A stretch of DNA of 64,000 nucleotides from Dehalococcoidia bacterium (GTDB lineage Bacteria; Chloroflexota; Dehalococcoidia; UBA2979), in the NCBI GenBank assembly GCA_965219085.1, contig OZ244720.1, forward strand, positions 2,272,001 to 2,336,000. Reading direction: 5' to 3'. Positions 54,878 through 62,676 of the stretch are shown piece after piece. Position 1 is the stretch's first letter. Each line of letters begins with the position of its first letter. The translations under genes were made by a program, and so were the position numbers. The notes below the pieces were generated by a model. It searched no databases, was not told the origin of the DNA, and saw nothing but the letters and a program-made list of their open reading frames with translations.

Positions 54878-56212
54878 CTACAGCCCGAGCAGCTTGCCGA
54901 GGCCTCCGGGCCCCTTGCCGCTGGTCATGACCTGCATCAGTTTCTTCGCCTCGCGGTACTGGTTCAAGAGACGGTTCACGTCGGCCGGCTGCATCCCGCA
55001 TCCAGCGGCGATGCGACGACGCCTCGATCCGTCGATGATCTCCGGCCGCCGGCGCTCCGAGGGGGTCATCGAGAGGATGATCGCCTCGCTGCGCTTCCAG
55101 AACCGTTCGTCGATGTCGGGGATCTGCATCTGCTGCTTCATCTGCCCCGCGCCCGGCAGCATGTCGAGCAGGCCCGAGAGCGGGCCCATCTGCTGCACCT
55201 GCTGCATCTGCTGCAGGAAGTCCTCGAGGTCGAACTCGCCGCGCTGCATGCGCCGCGCGACATCGCGGGCCTCGGTCTCCCCGATCGTCTCCTTCGCCTT
55301 CTCGACCAGCGACACCACGTCGCCCATGCCGAGGATGCGCGAGGCGAAGCGGTCCGGGTGGAACACCTCGAGCGCCTCGAGGCGCTCGCCGGTGGTGATG
55401 AACTTGATGGGCAGCCCGGTCACCTCGCGCACCGACAGCACGGCGCCGCCGCGCGTGTCGGAGTCGACCTTGGTGACGACGATGCCCGTGCCCTCGACGG
55501 CGTCGTCGAAGTCGCGGGCGAGGGTGACGGCCTCCTGGCCGGTCATCGCGTCGACGACGATCAGCACCTCGGTCGGGTCGATCTCGTCGGCCAGCGCGGC
55601 CAGTTCGTCGGCGAAGTCATCGTCGAGGGCGACCGCGCCACGGGTGTCGATGACCATCGCGGTCGCGCCGCTGCGCCGCGCCTCGGCCAGCGCGCGTTTG
55701 GCGATCACCGGCGCGGGCGCCTCGGTCTCCTCGGTGTAGACGGGCACGCCGATCTGCTCGCCGAGCACGCGCAGCTGCTCGGAGGCGGCCGCTCGCTGGA
55801 AGTCGGTCGCGACGAGGAGCGGGCGCAGGCCGTCCTGCTGCAGGTGCAGCGCGAGGCGCCCGGCAAGTGTCGTCTTGCCCGAGCCCTGCACGCCGCACAC
55901 GAGGATCTTCGTCGGCCCCTTCTCGGCGCGCAGCATCGGCTCCTCGTTGCCGCCGAGGATCTCGACCAGCTGGTCGTGGACGATGCCGATGACCTGCTGC
56001 CCGGGCGTGATCGATTGCAGCACCTCGGCGCCGTTCGCCCGCTCGCGCACGCGCGCGATGAAGTCGCGCACGACGCGGAAGTTGACGTCGGCCTCCAGCA
56101 GCGCGACGCGCACCTCGCGCATCGCGGTGTCGAGGTCGGCCTCGGTAATGCGACCGCCGCGGCCGAGGCGGGCGAAGGTGGACTGGAGTCGTTCGCTGAG
56201 GGTTTCGAGCAT
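54878..56212 (-). CDS. ffh: Signal recognition particle protein
   Basis: ALLEADVN, GVQGSGKTT, DAMTGQEA, RILGMGD, SMTPSER..SRRRRIAAG. Confidence 0.96.
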   Translation of the reverse strand: MLETLSERLQSTFARLGRGGRITEADLDTAMREVRVALLEADVNFRVVRDFIARVRERANGAEVLQSITPGQQVIGIVHDQLVEILGGNEEPMLRAEKGPTKILVCGVQGSGKTTLAGRLALHLQQDGLRPLLVATDFQRAAASEQLRVLGEQIGVPVYTEETEAPAPVIAKRALAEARRSGATAMVIDTRGAVALDDDFADELAALADEIDPTEVLIVVDAMTGQEAVTLARDFDDAVEGTGIVVTKVDSDTRGGAVLSVREVTGLPIKFITTGERLEALEVFHPDRFASRILGMGDVVSLVEKAKETIGETEARDVARRMQRGEFDLEDFLQQMQQVQQMGPLSGLLDMLPGAGQMKQQMQIPDIDERFWKRSEAIILSMTPSERRRPEIIDGSRRRRIAAGCGMQPADVNRLLNQYREAKKLMQVMTSGKGPGGLGKLLGL

Positions 56213-56337
56213 CGTGGGGGAGTGTAGCAGCGCGAGCGATCCTCGAGCCCCGCAGGCGGCTGCAGTGCGTTGGCGAGGAGTGGGCGAGCGGCGCGCGTTG
56301 CTAGCGCTGCCGGGGCGGTATAACGTTTGTTGCTGCC

Positions 56338-56784
56338 ATGCTGCGTGCTGCGAACCTCTGGATCTGCTGCCTGCTCGGGGCGCTCGTGGTCGCGGCGTGC
56401 GGCGGGGGCCTCAGCGTGTTCTCGATGGAGGTTGGGGACTGCTTCGACGATCCGTCCGCCCAGTCCACCGAGTTGTCGGAGGTCGACGAAGTCCCGTGCT
56501 CGGAGAGCCACGACAACGAGGTCTACGCGATCGCCGACCACCCCGCGGGAGATGACGCGGCGTTTCCCGGCGAGGACGCGCTGGATTTCTACGGCTGGGG
56601 CTACTGTCTCAGCGAGTTCGAGAGCTACGTCGGAATCGCCTACGAGGACTCTCGCCTGGACTTGAGCTACATCTTCCCGCTGCGAGACGGATGGGAACGC
56701 GACGGCGATCGCGAGTTCGTCTGCTTCCTCTACGACCTGAACCTCGAGAAATTGTCCGGGTCGATGCAGGGGAGCGGCGAGTAA
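56338..56784 (+). CDS. Septum-formation-family lipoprotein
   Basis: Lipobox VAAC; EVGDCF, VPCSESHDNEV, FESYVG, W..GDREFVC. Confidence 0.75.
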   Translation: MLRAANLWICCLLGALVVAACGGGLSVFSMEVGDCFDDPSAQSTELSEVDEVPCSESHDNEVYAIADHPAGDDAAFPGEDALDFYGWGYCLSEFESYVGIAYEDSRLDLSYIFPLRDGWERDGDREFVCFLYDLNLEKLSGSMQGSGE

Positions 56785-56855
56785 CCCCCACGCTCCGGGT
56801 CCTGGCGCATTGCCCCAGCCCCACCCCGCTGTGCCACCCGCGCATCCAGAACCCG

Positions 56856-56945
56856 GCGAGGCAGTCCAAGTCGCGAAGCTGCCTCTCCGCGGAGGGTCTA
56901 AGCTAGCGCCCGCTCCCACCGCAGTGCCCGCGTATGCGCCGCGGC
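56856..56945. repeat. higA 3' remnant followed by degenerate gap-tail-like segment
   Basis: ARQSKSRSCLSAEGLS* versus higA end LAQQRSRSRPDASGLS*; GGGTCTAAGCTAGC..GCTCCCACC shared with 57582-57609. Confidence 0.7.
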
Positions 56946-56991
56946 CCGCTTGGCCGACCATCGTGCCGCGCGTGGGACAGGTGCGTCGCTG

Positions 56992-57287
56992 GTGGATGTC
57001 GAGTTCCGCACGCGCCGACTTGAGCGCTGCTTCGAGCACCTCAACCTCGCCATACGGGAGTGGGGCCCGGAGGTAGGCCCGCGCTACGTCGAGCGCGTCA
57101 GGGCACTGTATCGGGCGCGCGGCTTCGAGTTCCTGTACGGATTCAGAGTGCTCGGGCTCCATCCCTCAGGGGCGATCGACGCGGTCAGTACGCGCTGCGA
57201 CTGACTGGCCGGGTGCGGCTGATCATCGAACGGGGAGACGACCCTGATACTGTGATCGTCGTCGAGGTGGTGGACTATCATGACTAG
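56992..57287 (+). pseudogene. higB: HigB/RelE toxin, frameshifted
   Basis: VDVEFRTRRLERC..LHP, then LRGDRRGQYALRLTGRVRLI..VVDYHD in another frame; one base missing at CCC 57163-57165. Confidence 0.8.
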
Positions 57288-57594
57288 CGTGACAAGCACA
57301 GCACGGCGCCTGGTCGTCTCGGATGCCGTGATCCACCCCGGCGAGCTCCTCGCCGAGGAGCTTGAGGTACGCGGCATGACTCAGCGCGAGCTCGCGCTCG
57401 CGATGGGGCGGCCGCCGCAGCTCATCAGCGAGATCGTCCGTGGCCGTAGGGGTATCTCGGCGGAGACGGCGCTCCAGCTCGAGGCCACGCTCGGCACTGC
57501 GGCTCACATCTGGGTCGGGCTCGACGCCGACTACCGCCTCGCCCTCGCGCAGCAGCGGTCACGTAGCCGCCCCGACGCGTCGGGTCTAAGCTAG
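57280..57594 (+). CDS. higA: HigA antitoxin
   Basis: IHPGELLAEELEVRGMTQRELA..ISEIVRGRRGISAETA. Confidence 0.9.
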   Translation: MTSVTSTARRLVVSDAVIHPGELLAEELEVRGMTQRELALAMGRPPQLISEIVRGRRGISAETALQLEATLGTAAHIWVGLDADYRLALAQQRSRSRPDASGLS

Positions 57595-57598
57595 CTCT

Positions 57599-57637
57599 CC
57601 GCTCCCACCTCAGCCTGCACAGATCCGCGAGTCGGCG
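57599..57637 (-). repeat. Degenerate copy of gap 3' end
   Basis: 29/39 ungapped match to 58307-58345; RRLADLCRLRWER versus CRLADVCALMAER. Confidence 0.6.
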
Positions 57638-57679
57638 CCCGGCTGACTGCAGCGGCTTGTGCGCGAGGGGTGTGCGCCG

Positions 57680-57977
57680 GTGGAGGTACGGTTCCGCACG
57701 CGAACGCCTCGAGCGGTGTGCCGGACACGTGGGAGCGGCGGTGCGCGCATGGGGCCCCGAGGTTGGTCCGCGCTACATCGAGCGGGTCCAGCTCCTCCAG
57801 GAGGTTCCGTCTGTGGAGACACTGTTCCGTTTCCGCGCGGTGGGCTTCCACCCCCTCCGTGCCGACCGTCGAGGACAGTTCGCTCTCCGGCTCACCGGTC
57901 GGATGCGGCTGATCATCGAGCGTGGGCCGGACGACCGCTCGCTGACGGTGGTCGAGGTGGTTGACTATCATGACTAG
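57680..57977 (+). pseudogene. higB: HigB/RelE toxin, apparent +1 frameshift near 5' end
   Basis: VEVRFRT in one frame, ERLERC..VVDYHD in another; extra base near 57701. Confidence 0.7.
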
Positions 57978-58248
57978 CGTGACTCAGACAAAGATCGTTC
58001 CCGACATCGCGATCCCGCCAGGCGAACTCCTCGCCGAGGAGCTTGAGGCGCGCGGCATGACGCAGCGCGACCTCGCAACGCTCATGGGGCGCCCACCGAA
58101 GGTGATTAGCGAGATCGTCCGGGGCCGGAAGGCGATTACGCCGCGCACGGCCATCCAGATCGAGGAAGCTCTCGGTACACCCGCGAGCGTATGGGTCGGC
58201 CTTGAGGCGCAGTACCGCCTCGTGCTCGCCCGCCAAGAAGTCGCGTAG
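57970..58248 (+). CDS. higA: HigA antitoxin
   Basis: IPPGELLAEELEARGMTQRDLA..ISEIVRGRKAIT. Confidence 0.9.
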   Translation: MTSVTQTKIVPDIAIPPGELLAEELEARGMTQRDLATLMGRPPKVISEIVRGRKAITPRTAIQIEEALGTPASVWVGLEAQYRLVLARQEVA

Positions 58249-58294
58249 CGACCCTCGACGCCAACTCGGGCAGGTCGAGGGCTGCGCAAGGGGG

Positions 58295-59314
58295 CTACTC
58301 CAGCCCACGCTCCGCCATCAGCGCGCACACATCCGCCAGCCGGCACGCGTAGCCGTACTCGTTGTCGTACCACGCCATCGTCTTCACCATCCGGCCGCCG
58401 TCGACGACCATCGTCGCCGGCAGGTCGAAGATCGAGGAGCCGGGGTGGCTCTTGAAGTCCGTCGACACCAGTTCCTCGCGCTCCACGTAGAGCACGCCCT
58501 CCATGGGGCCTGACGCCGCCGACTGGAAGGCCTCGTTGATCTCGCCCACCGAGGCGCGCTGCGCCAGGTCCGTCGCGAGGTCGACGACCGAGACGGTCGG
58601 CGTCGGCACGCGGTAGGCGAGGCCCGTCAGCTTGCCCTCGAGCTCCGGCATGATCTTTGACACCGCGCTCGCCGCGCCCGTCGAGGTCGGGATGATGTTG
58701 AGCCCGGCGGCGCGCGCGCGCCGCAAGTCCTTGTGCTTCGAGTCCATCAGGTTCTGGTCGCGCGTGTAGGAGTGGATCGTGGTCATCAGCCCGCGCTCCA
58801 CGCCGAAGGCGTCGTGCAGCACCTTCACGACGGGCACGACGCAGTTCGTCGTGCACGAGCCGGCGCTGATCACGTGGTGGCTGGCGGGGTCGTACTCGTC
58901 GTGGTTGACGCCGTAGATGACCATCCAGTCCTCGCCGCGGCCGGGGGCCGAGATGAGCACCTTCTTCACGCCGTCGCGGAGGTGCAGCGCCGCGCTGTCG
59001 CGGTCGCGGAACGCCCCGCTCGACTCGACGACCACGTCGACGCCGGCGGACGCCCAGTCGATGGTGGCGGGGTCGGAGCCCTCGAAGACGCGCACCTCGT
59101 GGCCGTCGATCGAGAAGCAGCCGTCGCCGTCGACGACCTCGGCGGGGAAGCGGCCGTAGTCGGAGTCATAACGCAGCAGGTGGGTGTGCATGTCGACGGG
59201 CGAGCGCCCGTTGATCGCGACGATCTCGAAGTCCTCGCGGTTGCGTTCCCACCAGGCGCGCAGGAACTGGCGCCCGGTGCGGCCGAAGCCGTTGATCCCC
59301 ACCCGCATGGCCAT
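58295..59314 (-). CDS. gap: Type I glyceraldehyde-3-phosphate dehydrogenase
   Basis: VGINGFGR, SAGSCTTNC, IIPTSTGAA, RVPTPTVS, WYDNEYGY. Confidence 0.96.
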   Translation of the reverse strand: MAMRVGINGFGRTGRQFLRAWWERNREDFEIVAINGRSPVDMHTHLLRYDSDYGRFPAEVVDGDGCFSIDGHEVRVFEGSDPATIDWASAGVDVVVESSGAFRDRDSAALHLRDGVKKVLISAPGRGEDWMVIYGVNHDEYDPASHHVISAGSCTTNCVVPVVKVLHDAFGVERGLMTTIHSYTRDQNLMDSKHKDLRRARAAGLNIIPTSTGAASAVSKIMPELEGKLTGLAYRVPTPTVSVVDLATDLAQRASVGEINEAFQSAASGPMEGVLYVEREELVSTDFKSHPGSSIFDLPATMVVDGGRMVKTMAWYDNEYGYACRLADVCALMAERGLE

Positions 59315-59403
59315 GGCGTCGACATCCTCTCGGTCCGGGGAGGCTGTGATCTGATTCTACCGCGCCAAGGCCTCTCGGCGATGGCGTATCAACGCCCGAT
59401 CGC

Positions 59404-60300
59404 CTACAGGAGCACGCGTTTCGTCGCGTCGCCCGGGCGGCGGCGGAAGTCCGTGAGCAGGTGTCGGCGCCGCCCCGACTCGTCGATGTGCTCCTCGAGC
59501 CGGCAGCGCTGGCCCTCGAGCAGGTGGACGTCGACCTCCCGCACGTGCGCGACGACCTCGTCGCGCAGCTCGCGCGAGGCCGGGAAGTGCCCGGCGGCGT
59601 GCATGGCGATGTGCAGCTGGCGCGTCCCGATGCGCAGCAGCCAGCCGAGCAGCAGCTCGGCCCAGCCGAGGTGGAACGCCTCGTCGCCGAAGATCAGCGG
59701 GTAGCGACGCTCGGACGCCTCGTTCGCCGTAAAGAGCGCCGTCGGCCCGAAGTTGGGGCGGCCGAGGTCGCTGGCGGCGCGGTAGATGGCGCGCAGGTGC
59801 TCGTCGCCGGCGATGGCCTCGCCGCCGAAGTAGTGCCCGAGCCCCACGTCCTCGGCGCGCGCCTGCTCGTGGCGGGCGTAGGCCTGGTGCGCCCACTCCA
59901 GGAACGACTCGATCTCCCCGGGCAGGGCGGACTGCGCGGCGACGTGCTCGATCGCCTGGCGGACGAGCGGGACGGCGCTCTGGTATGCGCCGCGCCGCAC
60001 CAGCGACGCGGCGTCCGAGGTGCATAGGAACGCCCGGCTCCACAGCGAGGCGAGCGCGGCCATCGTCATCGTGCGCGCGCTGGGCGTGTAGCCGCTGGCG
60101 GCGAAGCGCGCCTGCACGTCGAGGCCCGCTTCGAGCAGGCGCAGGTCGTCGCCGAGCACGAAGCCGGTCTGCCGCCACGCGTCCTCGGCGGCGTCGGAGA
60201 GCGCATCGGGCTTGCCGGGCAGCGTCCACGAGTCGGGGACGCGCATGCCGGAGACGCGCTGCGGAGCGCCGAGGGGCGAGAGGTCGCCGTTGAAGGTCAT
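59404..60300 (-). CDS. Hypothetical protein
   Basis: Long ORF with host-like codon usage; ATG 60300 follows GAGG. Confidence 0.7.
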   Translation of the reverse strand: MTFNGDLSPLGAPQRVSGMRVPDSWTLPGKPDALSDAAEDAWRQTGFVLGDDLRLLEAGLDVQARFAASGYTPSARTMTMAALASLWSRAFLCTSDAASLVRRGAYQSAVPLVRQAIEHVAAQSALPGEIESFLEWAHQAYARHEQARAEDVGLGHYFGGEAIAGDEHLRAIYRAASDLGRPNFGPTALFTANEASERRYPLIFGDEAFHLGWAELLLGWLLRIGTRQLHIAMHAAGHFPASRELRDEVVAHVREVDVHLLEGQRCRLEEHIDESGRRRHLLTDFRRRPGDATKRVLL

Positions 60301-60327
60301 GCCCTCATTCTGGCCGATCGGACAGCT

Positions 60328-60376
60328 GCGGGGCAGGTTCTCGGTGTGCGTGCATGGTGGGTCCGAGGTGTACTCG
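60328..60376 (-). repeat. Displaced copy of the helicase 3' coding end
   Basis: 45/49 identical to 62701-62749; all four differences synonymous (EYTSDPPCTHTENLPR). Confidence 0.95.
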
Positions 60377-60474
60377 CTGATGGCGCAGGCGCCCCCGCCC
60401 ATGCCATGATGTCCTGCGGACGGAGAGCCAGCAGCGAGTGTCGAGTGAACGTCATGGCGCTGCCAAGAGCTATC

Positions 60475-60550
60475 TGGTGCCGGGGGCCGGGCTTGAACCG
60501 GCGACGCGCGGTTTTCAAGACCGCCGCTCTACCCACTGAGCTACCCCGGC
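60475..60550 (-). tRNA. Atypical tRNA: UGA (Ser) anticodon on a class I body
   Basis: GCCGGGG TA GCTC AGTGGGTA GAGC G GCGGT CTTGAAA ACCGC GCGTC GCCGG TTCAAGC CCGGC CCCCGGC A CCA; all stems Watson-Crick; 5-nt variable loop; A73. Confidence 0.9.
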
Positions 60551-60560
60551 TTCGGTAGGC

Positions 60561-60604
60561 GGTGCGAGGCGGGCTCCTCTTTACACGGCGAGCCCGCCTC
60601 CACC
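60561..60604. other. Strong hairpin between hypothetical gene and atypical tRNA
   Basis: GAGGCGGGCTC/GAGCCCGCCTC perfect 11-bp stem, extendable by GGTG/CACC. Confidence 0.6.
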
Positions 60605-60611
60605 GAATCCG

Positions 60612-61058
60612 CTAGAATGGTAGGTCGTCCACCTCCGGCTTCTTAAATTGGTACAGCGCTGGCTCTTCCTCACCGACACGCTCGATGCTGGCATGGCCTT
60701 GGAGCACCGCGTTGAGCGTCCGCAGCGGCACATTCAGGTGGGCGTCCCGCAGCGTGGTCGCGATTGTGGCGCGTGTGAGTGGCTTTCCAGCTTCGAGGAG
60801 GACTTCCACGATTGCCTTGGCGGGATCCGCTCGTACGAACCGGAATTCGCCGGTGGCGCCGGTCCCGGGTGGCCACCCTGCGATGCGGTGCGGTCCGCCC
60901 CCGAGTCGCTCCCACGCAGCGTCTCTGAGGGCTGCGTACTTGATGGCGGCCACATTGAAATTGATCCGGGCCTGACTCAACTGCGTATTCGCGTCAGCCA
61001 ATTGTTCTTCGGCGTCTGCGATGGATCGGAGAATTGCATCTGTGTAGTCGTCGTTCAC
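60612..61058 (-). CDS. Hypothetical protein (coiled coil plus possible winged helix; ends DDLPF)
   Basis: GAGGTG SD before GTG 61058; lower GC; AIVEVLLEAGKPLTRATIA. Confidence 0.6.
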   Translation of the reverse strand: MNDDYTDAILRSIADAEEQLADANTQLSQARINFNVAAIKYAALRDAAWERLGGGPHRIAGWPPGTGATGEFRFVRADPAKAIVEVLLEAGKPLTRATIATTLRDAHLNVPLRTLNAVLQGHASIERVGEEEPALYQFKKPEVDDLPF

Positions 61059-61288
61059 TCGTATACACCTCTCTGAGAGATCGAGTATATGACGGATGTC
61101 AACCACCGATCTATCTAATATCGCTAGTGGGTTACGAATGATGGAACAGAGTGCTCTTGTGCTGCGCGTACGTCCCCACAGAAGCCGCGCGCCATGTGGG
61201 GCACTGCTGGTAGATCCTGTCCCTCCGGTGCCCCAGTGCATCGGGCCGTGGGAGCGAGCGGTCTAGCCCCGAACGGGGCTGAACTCAG

Positions 61289-62652
61289 GGTCACGTCCCT
61301 GCAAGTGGTGTAACAGTGCACCATCCTGATCATTTGCTAGCTGGCGGTCTGCAGTAGCACCTCCTCGCCTGAGGCGACCTCGGCCACGGCCGCCGGCAGC
61401 GGCTGCAGCATCGTCATGTAGCGCCGCCCCTCCGCCCACTCGTCGTGCTGCTCGGCGAGCACGGCGCCGACCAGCCGCACGACGGCGGCACGGTTGGGGA
61501 AGATGCCGACCACGTTGGTGCGCCGCCGGATCTCCTTGTTGAGGCGTTCCAGCGGGTTGTTCGACCAGACCTGCCGCCAGTGGACCGGGAAGGCCGTAAA
61601 CGCCAGGATCTCCGGCCCGGCGTCGGCGAGCAGCGCCGCGGCCTCGGGGAAGCGCTCGGCGAGCTGCTCCACCACGCGGGCGTGTTGGGCCTGCACCTCG
61701 GCCGCCGAGGACTGCTCGTAGATCGTCCGCACCGTCGTCGCCACCAGCTTCTCGGCGCTCTTCGGCACCCGGGTCAGCAGGTTGCGCATGAAGTGCGTGC
61801 GGCAGCGCTGCCAGGAGGCGCCGGCGAAGACCGTCGCGATCGCCTCCCTGAGGCCCTGGTGCGCGTCCGAGGTGACGAGCTCGACGCCGGACAGGCCGCG
61901 CGCCACGAGCCCGCGCAGGAAGCTCAGCCAGAACGCCCCGTCCTCGGAGGTGCCGACGTCGATGCCCAGCAGCTCGCGCTTGCCGGAGGCGTTGACGGCG
62001 GTGGCGACGACCACGGCCACCTGCACGACGCGGCCCTCCTCGCGCACGAGCTGGGTGAGCGCGTCGAGCCAGAGGTAGCGGTAGGGGCCCGAGTCGAGGG
62101 GCCGCTCGAGGAAGCTCGAGACGACCTCGTCGAGTTCAGCGCAGATGCGCGAGACCTGGCTCTTGGAGATGCCGTCGCAGCCGAGCGAGCGCACGAGGTC
62201 GTCGACGCGACGGGTCGAGACGCCCTCGACGTAGGCCTGCGTGACCACGGAGACCAGGGCGCGCTCCGAGCGCCGCCGCGGCTCGAGCAGCGAGGGGAAG
62301 TAGCTGCCCTCGCGCAGCTTCGGGATGCCCAGTTCGATCGTGCCCACACGCGTGTCCCAGCGCCGCGGCCGGTAGCCGTTGCGCCGGGTCAGGCGCGTCT
62401 CGCTGCGCTCGCCGTGGGCGGCGCCGATCTGCTCGGAGACCTCGGCGTCCATCACCGCCTGGGCGAGCACCGCGACCGCCTCGCGCAGAAAGTCGAGGTC
62501 CGCTCCGTCCGCCTGCTTGCGCAGCAGTTCCAACAAGTCCACGCTCTCCTTGACCACAGTCGTCCTCCTCCACGTGACTCTTCTTCTTGTGAAGGATGGC
62601 GCTGTGGTCTCCTACGTCTACCTCCTGTGACACCACTTCCTGGGACGCTACT
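61289..62652 (-). mobile_element. IS256-family insertion sequence
   Basis: 25-bp imperfect terminal IRs (GGTCACGTCCCTGCAAGTGGTGTAA / AGTAGCGTCCCAGGAAGTGGTGTCA); 8-bp direct repeat GAACTCAG at 61281-61288 and 62653-62660. Confidence 0.93.
61337..62557 (-). CDS. IS256-family transposase
   Basis: RNGYRPR, IPKLREGSYFP, GVSTRRV, YLWLDA, TSDAHQGL, WQRCRTHF, NPLERLNKEIRRRT. Confidence 0.96.
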   Translation of the reverse strand: MVKESVDLLELLRKQADGADLDFLREAVAVLAQAVMDAEVSEQIGAAHGERSETRLTRRNGYRPRRWDTRVGTIELGIPKLREGSYFPSLLEPRRRSERALVSVVTQAYVEGVSTRRVDDLVRSLGCDGISKSQVSRICAELDEVVSSFLERPLDSGPYRYLWLDALTQLVREEGRVVQVAVVVATAVNASGKRELLGIDVGTSEDGAFWLSFLRGLVARGLSGVELVTSDAHQGLREAIATVFAGASWQRCRTHFMRNLLTRVPKSAEKLVATTVRTIYEQSSAAEVQAQHARVVEQLAERFPEAAALLADAGPEILAFTAFPVHWRQVWSNNPLERLNKEIRRRTNVVGIFPNRAAVVRLVGAVLAEQHDEWAEGRRYMTMLQPLPAAVAEVASGEEVLLQTAS

Positions 62653-62676
62653 GAACTCAGTGCGTGGGCGGCTGCT

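Noticed and set aside
60475-60550. tRNA-Sec to serve the UGA selenoproteins
   Set aside because: The anticodon is UGA (reads UCA), not UCA, and the long acceptor and variable arms of tRNA-Sec are absent.
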